This document shows positions 56,833-64,000 of a stretch of DNA of 64,000 nt, piece after piece. The stretch is from positions 53,406 through 117,405 of IMG/VR virus record IMGVR_UViG_3300047160_006900, one strand, 5' to 3'. This DNA comes from a virus. Both the position numbers and the translations under genes were made by a program. Under the pieces are notes generated by a model, which was not told the DNA's origin, did not search any database, and saw only the letters and a program-made list of their open reading frames with translations. Each line of letters opens with the position of its first letter. Within the stretch, counting starts at the first letter, position 1.

Positions 56833-57263
56833 AGTTCCGGGTCTACGGCGTGCCTGCACCCCAGGGCAGTAAAACTGCCTTCGTGCGGAACGGCAAGGCC
56901 GTAGTGGTGGACGGGGCCTCCAAGGTGGGGCGGGAGCAGTTGTCTTCTTGGCGGGCCGAGGTGGCCCGGGAAGCTCAGAACATGCGTCCCGATGACCTCA
57001 TGCTGGGTCCCCTAGCTATTGATATCCGTTTCTATATGCCGAAGCCGAAGTCGGCCCCGAGAAACAAGCACTGGTGTGACAAGAAACCGGATATCGATAA
57101 GCTCATTCGCTCGACCTTGGATGCGATGACTGGGGTCGTCTTCCGGGACGACGGCCAGGTCTGCATGCTGTCGGTGAGCAAGGAATACGCCGAGAATGAT
57201 GATCCGGCGGGAGCCGACATCAATGTGACCCCGGTATCCTCCATCATGCCCCTGAGTTCCTGA
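56829..57263 (+). CDS. rusA: RusA-family resolvase
   Basis: PAPQGSK, KPDIDKLIRSTLDA and DDGQV motifs. Confidence 0.92.
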   Translation: MKFRVYGVPAPQGSKTAFVRNGKAVVVDGASKVGREQLSSWRAEVAREAQNMRPDDLMLGPLAIDIRFYMPKPKSAPRNKHWCDKKPDIDKLIRSTLDAMTGVVFRDDGQVCMLSVSKEYAENDDPAGADINVTPVSSIMPLSS

Positions 57264-57279
57264 TACCGTTCCTGATACT
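57260..57279 (+). promoter_or_regulatory. CTGATACC-N4-CTGATACT motif, copy 2
   Basis: Same motif and spacing as 2980-2999; opens the second structural cluster. Confidence 0.5.
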
Positions 57280-57301
57280 GTTGCATACAGGGATCGGGGC
57301 A

Positions 57302-57595
57302 ATGGCTGAACTCACGGTCGAAGACGAGGAAGCTGTCCTCCGGGTCTCATCCTCCAGTGCTCCGCAATCGGTGGCGGCGGCGATCAGCAAATCCATCAGT
57401 GAAAGTCATCGATACCCCGTTCTTCGTGCGATCGGTCATGGGGCCGTCGGGCAGGCGGTGAAAGCGCTTGCTATCGCCCGGGGATATGTAGCTCCACGGG
57501 GTACAGACTTGGCATTCGTGGTGGGATTCGACACCATCATCAACAATGAGGGTAAAGAGATCTCGGCCATGGTCTTCCGGTGCTTCCCTCGGTAG
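57302..57595 (+). CDS. spoVS: SpoVS-family protein
   Basis: LRVSSSSAPQSVAAAI, AIGHGAVGQAVKALAIARGYVAPRG.DL and EISAM match the SpoVS pattern. Confidence 0.9.
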   Translation: MAELTVEDEEAVLRVSSSSAPQSVAAAISKSISESHRYPVLRAIGHGAVGQAVKALAIARGYVAPRGTDLAFVVGFDTIINNEGKEISAMVFRCFPR

Positions 57596-57601
57596 GCCCG
57601 G

Positions 57602-57934
57602 ATGACCGCCTCGGGGACCACGGTCTATCCCGGGCTCTACAAAGCACGGTGTACGGCTGACAACGGGATCGCTCTGACCGTCTTCGTCCCGCAAGTCTTT
57701 GGAACCCAGGCCGTCACCATCTTGGACATCACCGGAGGTCGGCCGCAGCCAGGGGACTTCGGCTACATCATGTTTGAGGGCGGGGACACGGCCTTCCCGA
57801 TCTGGTTGTCTTCGGGTGGGGGCGCAGGCGGTACCACCATCATCGAGAGCGGTGGCGGCACGGGAGATCTGGACGGTGGAGCCCCCGATAGCGTGTACGG
57901 CGGCTTAGACCCGATCGATGCGGGGACTCCGTAA
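57602..57934 (+). CDS. gp5/gpV-type OB-fold protein (truncated spike-like)
   Basis: YPGLYKA, VFVPQVFG and P.PGD...MFEGGD..FPIW motifs. Confidence 0.7.
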   Translation: MTASGTTVYPGLYKARCTADNGIALTVFVPQVFGTQAVTILDITGGRPQPGDFGYIMFEGGDTAFPIWLSSGGGAGGTTIIESGGGTGDLDGGAPDSVYGGLDPIDAGTP

Positions 57935-59701
57935 GTGGCGACTCGGATTCAGTTCCGTCGTGGGCTTTCCATCGAGTGGACGTTGAACAACCCCACGCTC
58001 GCTCAAGGCGAGTTGGGTCTGGAGCTTGATACCGGAAAGTTCAAGGTTGGGGACGGGGTCCATACTTGGAACACCCTCCCCTACTCCTCCGGTGTCGCTG
58101 GGGCGACTGGTGTTGCTGGAGTCAATGGCCCGACTGGGCCGGTGGGAGCCACGGGACCGTCGGGAGGCCCGACTGGAGTCACCGGGGCGACTGGAGTTAT
58201 CGGTTCGATTGGACCCACCGGCCCGGCCGGGGTAGGAGCTACGGGGGCTACGGGGCAGACCGGTGTCACTGGTCATACCGGCCCATCGGGAGCGACGGGT
58301 GTCGGAGCGACTGGGATTCCTGGCGGTCAGGGAGCTACCGGGGTCACGGGTGCTACCGGAGTGGGCACTCAAGGGGCCACTGGCGTCACGGGGGCCACAG
58401 GAACCGGTGGAAATACCGGACCGCAGGGAACTAGTGGGAACACGGGGGTCACCGGCTCCACGGGTCCTCAGGGCCTCAACGGGGCTACGGGCATCCAGGG
58501 ACCTACCGGTCCGACCGGCTCGACCGGATTCACCGGTCCCCAAGGGCCAGTGGGGGGCACGGGAACGACGGGGGCGACCGGCGTCCAGGGCACTAGTGGG
58601 AACACCGGGGTCACCGGTACGACCGGTTCCACGGGGCCTCAAGGCCCTCCCGGCATTGACGGCGAACCGGGTGATGTCGGTGATCCCGGCGTACCTGGAT
58701 ATACCGGCGTTACCGGCTCTACTGGCCCTACGGGGTCCGCTGGGACCATTGGAGCCACTGGCGCTACTGGCCCGAAGGGGGATGCCGGAAACACCGGAGT
58801 TACCGGCTCTGCCGGGACAGTGGGGGCCACAGGGTCGACGGGGGGTGTCGGGGCTACGGGAGCAGGGGCGACCGGCGCTGTTGGCCCCACTGGCGCTACA
58901 GGCCCTACCGGTGGGGCGGGGACAACGGGCTCGACCGGCGTTGTTGGCCCGATGGGTATGCCCGGACCGCCTGGGATTGATGGGCTGGACGGCGATCCTG
59001 GGGATCAAGGGCTACCAGGATGGACAGGCCCCGTGGGGGCGTCTGGGGCCGCTGGCTCTGCGGGGACTGTCGGTGCTACGGGGGCCTCTGGAACTGTTGG
59101 ACCTACGGGGGCTACCGGCCCTGCCGGAACTGCGGGGACCACCGGGGCAACTGGTTCTCCGGGTCCCGTGGGTCCGCCTGGTCTTGACGGCCTGGACGGA
59201 GATCCGGGGACGGATGGGGTTCCCGGTACCGTCGGTCCTGCTGGTCCTGCTGGTCTTGCTGGTGCTACTGGCCCCACTGGAGCAGGCACTACCGGGGCTA
59301 CGGGTCCGACCGGACCGGCTCCGTCAAGCTACGTCATTCAGGTCGAGGTCACGGACCCCAACGGGGCGACGCTGCAGACCGGGACCGGGAAGGCCTATGT
59401 CCGCATCAACTCCTTGCTCAACAACAAGACGCTGACGGCCATTGCCGGGGCGGTCACGACGCAGTCGACTTCGGGACTCCCGACGTTCAACGTCTACAAC
59501 CTGCGGGGCGGTTGGAACATGCTCACCACGGCGTTGACCATCGATGCCAACGAGACCGATTCCTCGACCGCTACTACAGCAGCGGTGATCGATACCGCTT
59601 CGTCGCACAACGTCGTCACCACCGCTGATCAGCTACGAATCGACTGCTCTGTGAACGGCACGGGGACCAAAGGGGTCATCATCGAAATGACCTTCGGATG
59701 A
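57935..59701 (+). CDS. Fibre protein: Mtd_N/hyaluronidase-N-like head + collagen + C-terminal domain
   Basis: IQFRRG...W...NP.LA.GE.G.E.DT.KFKVGDG...WN.LPY, then G-X-Y repeats. Confidence 0.85.
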   Translation: MATRIQFRRGLSIEWTLNNPTLAQGELGLELDTGKFKVGDGVHTWNTLPYSSGVAGATGVAGVNGPTGPVGATGPSGGPTGVTGATGVIGSIGPTGPAGVGATGATGQTGVTGHTGPSGATGVGATGIPGGQGATGVTGATGVGTQGATGVTGATGTGGNTGPQGTSGNTGVTGSTGPQGLNGATGIQGPTGPTGSTGFTGPQGPVGGTGTTGATGVQGTSGNTGVTGTTGSTGPQGPPGIDGEPGDVGDPGVPGYTGVTGSTGPTGSAGTIGATGATGPKGDAGNTGVTGSAGTVGATGSTGGVGATGAGATGAVGPTGATGPTGGAGTTGSTGVVGPMGMPGPPGIDGLDGDPGDQGLPGWTGPVGASGAAGSAGTVGATGASGTVGPTGATGPAGTAGTTGATGSPGPVGPPGLDGLDGDPGTDGVPGTVGPAGPAGLAGATGPTGAGTTGATGPTGPAPSSYVIQVEVTDPNGATLQTGTGKAYVRINSLLNNKTLTAIAGAVTTQSTSGLPTFNVYNLRGGWNMLTTALTIDANETDSSTATTAAVIDTASSHNVVTTADQLRIDCSVNGTGTKGVIIEMTFG

Positions 59702-59735
59702 TGCGATACTGTCCAAGACCTCAGGAGGGTCGGTA

Positions 59736-60062
59736 ATGGCACGTACAGCTACCCAGTTCCTGGCCCCGGCGTATCTGCCGAGTACCACGGCGACGCAGTT
59801 CACGACGCCAACCGGCCCGGTCTCGGTGATCCGGCATATCCACGTCCAGAACAACGACTCCTCGGCTCGTACGTTCACGCTCTGTCAGGGAGCGGATGCA
59901 GCGGCCAACCGGATGTTCGACGCCTACTCGGTTGCGGCCAATGGCACGTATGACTGGTATGGCTACTGGGTAGTCCCATCGAACACGATCATCTCCGGGT
60001 TCGCCTCCGTTGCATCCCACGTCGTGTGTGAGGTCTCCGGGGACACTCTGGCTGCTGGCTAA
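59736..60062 (+). CDS. Small beta-sandwich virion protein
   Basis: GGAGG RBS; VIRHIHVQN.DSSARTFTL. Confidence 0.7.
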   Translation: MARTATQFLAPAYLPSTTATQFTTPTGPVSVIRHIHVQNNDSSARTFTLCQGADAAANRMFDAYSVAANGTYDWYGYWVVPSNTIISGFASVASHVVCEVSGDTLAAG

Positions 60063-60409
60063 TGGCCTATCTCCGTCGGCCTCTCTCGGCTTCTACTAAC
60101 GGCCGGGGTATCAAGATCGCTGCGACCGGCAACGTGGGGACCACGATCCATGCTGCTCAGTCTTCTGCCGTCTTGGTGGACGTCATCACCCTCTATGCCA
60201 GCAACACCGATACCGTCGTTCGCACGGTCACGTTGCAGTGGGGGGCTTCGGGGACCGGTCCGGACGACTACATGTACTTCGATATTCCTCCCCGGACGAC
60301 CGTGCTGCTGATAACTGATCTGCTCTTGCAGAACTCCTTGACGCTGTATGCCTTTGCTTCGGCGGCGAACGTGGTGAACATCTTTGGATTCATGAACCGA
60401 GAGTTCTGA
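60062..60409 (+). CDS. Small beta-sandwich virion protein, probably related to the previous gene
   Basis: ITLYASNTDTVVRTVTLQWG; TAATG coupling. Confidence 0.7.
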   Translation: MAYLRRPLSASTNGRGIKIAATGNVGTTIHAAQSSAVLVDVITLYASNTDTVVRTVTLQWGASGTGPDDYMYFDIPPRTTVLLITDLLLQNSLTLYAFASAANVVNIFGFMNREF

Positions 60410-61005
60410 TGCCCTCCTCATCGTTCCAGCAGACATATATCGATCGGGCTCCGATCAGTCTCGGCATTCAGACTCCGGAGAGTTTCCGTCCGCCGATGGT
60501 GTTGATCTCCACCTTGTCGATCGAGGCCTGTGGTGAGGAATTGACGGGAATGGGGGCGTCGAACATGGCGTCGGCCACCTACCCGTCCGCTTCCCGGGTG
60601 TTGGCGTATCCGTTTGAGATTGCTGACGACTTCCTGGTGATGAAGGTCTTCTGGGTCAACGGCACCACTGCTTCTACGGACACGGCTGACGTGGGCGTCT
60701 ACAACGAGCCGGGGACCAGCTTGATCGTCCACGGCAGTGCGGCGATCACAGGTGGCAGCATCGTCCAAGAGGTGGATTGCACTGATACTTTGCTCACCCC
60801 CGGTCGATACTGGTGTGCATACATCCAGGGTGGGGTGACGGCCACGCCGATGATGTGTGCCATCGATTTGGCCTTGGCCCGGTCCATGGGGTGTGCCCAG
60901 CAGGCCGGATCGGGTTCTGCGTTGGGTTCGACCTTCACGCCAGCGGCGCTTGCTGCAGCCAACATCCCCTGGTGTGGGATCGCTGGGCGGACCCAGGTGG
61001 CCTGA
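60409..61005 (+). CDS. Virion protein, paralogue 1
   Basis: PF......KVFWVNGT....DVGVY...PGRYW. Confidence 0.7.
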   Translation: MPSSSFQQTYIDRAPISLGIQTPESFRPPMVLISTLSIEACGEELTGMGASNMASATYPSASRVLAYPFEIADDFLVMKVFWVNGTTASTDTADVGVYNEPGTSLIVHGSAAITGGSIVQEVDCTDTLLTPGRYWCAYIQGGVTATPMMCAIDLALARSMGCAQQAGSGSALGSTFTPAALAAANIPWCGIAGRTQVA

Positions 61006-61574
61006 TGAGCACTTTGATTGGCCAGTTGGGGAATCTTGCCTCACCGCCGACCATCACTCCCGCTTGTCGACTGTCATTGGGCGGGGCCATCGCCCGTACC
61101 GGGGCCGGAGCAGCGGCGTCGGGGGCATCGCCGTGGTCGGACGCTGCTAACTGCCTGCTGGCTTGTCCGTTCGTCTTGGAGACCAAGACGACGTTCTACA
61201 AGGGCTTCTGGGTGAACGGCACAGCGGCGGGTGGGAACACTGAGGTCGGTATCTGGGATTCGGCCTACAACAAGATCACCACTACTGGGTCGGTGGCTGG
61301 GTCAGGGAACTCTGTTCCTCAGGTGGCAGCGTTAGCAGCCACCACCACAGTTCCGCCGGGGAACTACTACATGGGCATCGCTCATAGTGCGACCACTACG
61401 GGACAGCTTTACCGGTGGGCAGCGGCCTTGTCGGCGTACTGGCAGGCTCTGGGTTGTTGGAAGCAGGCCTCGATCACGCTGGGGTCGTTGGCGGCGACGG
61501 CCACGCCGGGGGACATGACCAACGTCGCATTTCCGATCTTCGGGTTGATCACCCGTTCTGTCTTCGACGTGTAG
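61005..61574 (+). CDS. Virion protein, paralogue 2
   Basis: PF......KGFWVNGT...EVGIW...PGNYY; TGATG coupling. Confidence 0.7.
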   Translation: MSTLIGQLGNLASPPTITPACRLSLGGAIARTGAGAAASGASPWSDAANCLLACPFVLETKTTFYKGFWVNGTAAGGNTEVGIWDSAYNKITTTGSVAGSGNSVPQVAALAATTTVPPGNYYMGIAHSATTTGQLYRWAAALSAYWQALGCWKQASITLGSLAATATPGDMTNVAFPIFGLITRSVFDV

Positions 61575-61576
61575 TC

Positions 61577-63070
61577 ATGGCGTTGCTGCGGTTCAACACG
61601 GTGTTCGGGTCGAGCGATACCACCAACGCCAGCCCTTACACGACGGCGACGTATACCCCGAGTGCCCCGGGATTGTTGGTCATCATCGCCCTCCATCACA
61701 CCGTAGCCTCGGGTTTTCCGCCCAACACCACCTCGATCACCGGCAGCAGCATTGTTGGGGCGGTGATCTGCAACGACGCTATTAACAGCTTCAACACAGG
61801 CGCTTCCCCCTTGAATAAGCAGGAGGTCTGGTTCGCCGTCTCTACCTCAACGGCGGGGGCATTGACGATCACTATCAGTGGATCCCCGACCGGCTGCTTG
61901 TGGTCGGTGACAGAGGTCTTCGGTACCAACATGAATCGGAGTGCGAAGGGAGCCCCTCCATTGGGGGTCTATTTGCAAGCCGTCCAGGGCAACTCGGATT
62001 CCGGTACTTCGATCTCTCTTGCGCTGGCGGCGTTTGCGGAAGGGGTCGGGGGCGGGTCGGCCGATGACGGCAGCTATGTAGCGCTCTGTAGTAGTGCGGT
62101 GAACGACATCACGTCGGTGGCCTCGCAATGGACTCGGGGGCAGGGCACCACCATGCTCACCCCGAATGCGGCGCTGGTGAACTACGCCTCGACCGGAACC
62201 TCTCGAACTTTCACTGCTACCTGGACCAGCACCTGTGCGTGGAGCGGGTTCATCCTCCAGATTGCGGCTCTCCAGCCGTATTGGCCCGCACGAATATGGG
62301 GTGACGGCTTTGAGACCGGGGACTTCACCGGCTGGACGGCCCGGGATGTCAACGCCCAGTTGACGGTACAAACAACGACCTATCACCAGGGAACCAACGC
62401 AGCGCACTGGTTGATGACTGCTCCTGGGAACATCAATCTCTATCGGACTTTCTCCGGGGTCACGGTCCCGACCCGGGTCGAGTTTTGGGTCCAGGGGGCT
62501 TCGTCTCCCTCCGCAGGCAACATGGTCTTCACGGGAACGACGGACACTGGTGGATCAACCACATCGTGGCGGGTGCTAGTCGACTGGGTGGGTAGCCCGA
62601 CGAACAAGTATCGGATCCAACTGGATCAGGTCTACAACGATTCGGGTACGAACGTCGGCCCTTCGGCTAGCTACAACTTCAGTGATGGGGGGACGTGGTT
62701 CAAGGTCACAGTGATCCAGAATCCTGGTGTGGGCGGGAATGTCACATTGGTCCTGAACGATGGGGAGTTCGTTACGAGCGTGACCGCCGACAACACGACC
62801 CGGGCCGGGAGTCTCGGTCGGTTCTCTGTGACCTCAGGGATCAGCGGTACCAACGTCTACATCGATGACGTCACTGTGTCCTATGCCGCTACGGTGCCGT
62901 CCGGGGCCATAGCGCTCTACAGCCCCACGGTTCCTGCGGCCACGGGGGATCTTGATATCGAGGCTTGTATCGTGGATGACATTGCCCGGAAATGGGACGA
63001 CGTGGATGGTGACCTCACTCCACTGGATGGAGGTCCCTATCCCCGTACCACCGTGGTGTCTAATATCTAG
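61577..63070 (+). CDS. Virion protein with a C-terminal lectin/jelly-roll-like domain
   Basis: N-terminal half paralogous to 6109..6879; DGFETGDFTGW...VYIDDV. Confidence 0.7.
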   Translation: MALLRFNTVFGSSDTTNASPYTTATYTPSAPGLLVIIALHHTVASGFPPNTTSITGSSIVGAVICNDAINSFNTGASPLNKQEVWFAVSTSTAGALTITISGSPTGCLWSVTEVFGTNMNRSAKGAPPLGVYLQAVQGNSDSGTSISLALAAFAEGVGGGSADDGSYVALCSSAVNDITSVASQWTRGQGTTMLTPNAALVNYASTGTSRTFTATWTSTCAWSGFILQIAALQPYWPARIWGDGFETGDFTGWTARDVNAQLTVQTTTYHQGTNAAHWLMTAPGNINLYRTFSGVTVPTRVEFWVQGASSPSAGNMVFTGTTDTGGSTTSWRVLVDWVGSPTNKYRIQLDQVYNDSGTNVGPSASYNFSDGGTWFKVTVIQNPGVGGNVTLVLNDGEFVTSVTADNTTRAGSLGRFSVTSGISGTNVYIDDVTVSYAATVPSGAIALYSPTVPAATGDLDIEACIVDDIARKWDDVDGDLTPLDGGPYPRTTVVSNI

Positions 63071-63087
63071 GCAAAGCGGAGGATCCC

Positions 63088-63240
63088 ATGCCTTGGAAGC
63101 CCGCTGACGTGGATCGGCACAAGAAAGGTCTATCACCTACCGAGAAAAAGCGGTGGGTCGCTATCGCTAACTCGGTGCTGAAGGAATCGGGGAACGAGGG
63201 CAAGGCGATACGGATTGCCAATAGCAAGGCCAAGTCGTAG
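63088..63240 (+). CDS. 50-aa ChaB/YdaT-like helical protein (not in the ORF track)
   Basis: GGAGG RBS; MPWKPADVDRHKKGLS..WVAIANSVL..EGKAIRIANS. Confidence 0.7.
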   Translation: MPWKPADVDRHKKGLSPTEKKRWVAIANSVLKESGNEGKAIRIANSKAKS

Positions 63241-63249
63241 GGAGATCCG

Positions 63250-64000
63250 ATGACCGTCCAGTTCCCGACCGCCCTCGATACTTCGACGTTCCCCACCCAG
63301 GCCACGTTGACGGCGGAGACACTGGCCACCGAGCCTCACTCCAAGCTGCATGCCGAGCTTGGGCAGGCCATCCTCCACCTGGAGACCAAGGTCGGTATCG
63401 ATAGTTCTGGTGACGTCACGTCCCTGGACTACAAGATCAATCACATCGTGACCGTCCCGGTGGGGTGCATCTTCCCCTTCGGGGGCGCATCCCCGCCCGC
63501 CAACTACCTGTTCTGTGACGGCTCCTCCATCAGTCGGACCACGTACTCGGCCCTGTTTGCCGTCTTCGGGACCTCCTATGGAGGCTCCGGGGGGAACTTC
63601 TTGCTCCCTGACCTGCGGGGTCGGGTGATCATGGGTCTGGACAACATGAACGGGGTAGCGGCCAACGTGGTGACGGCGGCGAACTCGTTGGGTCAGAACG
63701 GCGGGGCTCCGACGGTCACCATCGATGCCACCACCATGCCGTCCCATACCCACACCCAGAACTCCCACACCCACACGGATTCTGGGCACGCTCACAACGT
63801 GCAGGCGCAGGACTTCTTGGTCGTGGGGGGCTCAATCGGGTTGAAGGGTCTGGTGACCACGGCCCACAATGACAACCAGGCTTCGGATTCAGCGGCGGCG
63901 GTGATTTCCACTGTCACAGCGGTCAATCAGAACACCGGAGGCGGCGGAGCCCACCAGAACCTGCAGCCCTATATGGCGCTGAATTACATCGTTCGGTATT
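63250..64000 (+). CDS. Tail-collar domain fibre protein (runs to the window edge)
   Basis: PVGCIFPFGG..P..YLFCDG...SRTTYSALF, LPDLRGR, MPSHTH and HQNLQPYMALNYIVRY motifs. Confidence 0.9.
   Translation, partial: MTVQFPTALDTSTFPTQATLTAETLATEPHSKLHAELGQAILHLETKVGIDSSGDVTSLDYKINHIVTVPVGCIFPFGGASPPANYLFCDGSSISRTTYSALFAVFGTSYGGSGGNFLLPDLRGRVIMGLDNMNGVAANVVTAANSLGQNGGAPTVTIDATTMPSHTHTQNSHTHTDSGHAHNVQAQDFLVVGGSIGLKGLVTTAHNDNQASDSAAAVISTVTAVNQNTGGGGAHQNLQPYMALNYIVRY

Noticed and set aside
1-64000. tRNA or rRNA genes
   Set aside because: Intergenic gaps are short and mostly filled by small ORFs; no cloverleaf or T-loop pattern was recognised by eye

Overview
High-GC segment of a large contractile-tailed (myovirus-type) phage genome, with every credible gene on the + strand. 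WhiB and actinobacterial-style promoters point to an Actinomycetota host. Layout: 1-17.7 kb neck genes, two collagen-like fibres and a four-gene array of FN3/glycosidase-like virion proteins; 17.8-35.1 kb sheath, tube, chaperone, tape measure and baseplate; 35.1-57.3 kb early, replication and recombination genes (initiator with internal iterons, DnaC-like loader, DnaB, primase, SNF2 helicase, SSB, PolA, RecA, Hjc-like and RusA resolvases, Cas4-like nuclease); 57.3-64 kb a second structural cluster opened by a SpoVS homologue. The strongest novel signal is in the FN3 array: one FN3 domain is split between two adjacent genes by a nested 1.65-kb catalytic cassette, and the array shares a conserved N-terminal leader. 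Also notable are a probable +1 frameshift in the tail chaperone, a tape-measure peptidase bracketed by GDPMPYGD repeats, a candidate late-promoter motif, and apparent depletion of CGCG and TTCGAR. All calls come from reading the sequence by eye; no database searches or computations were run.
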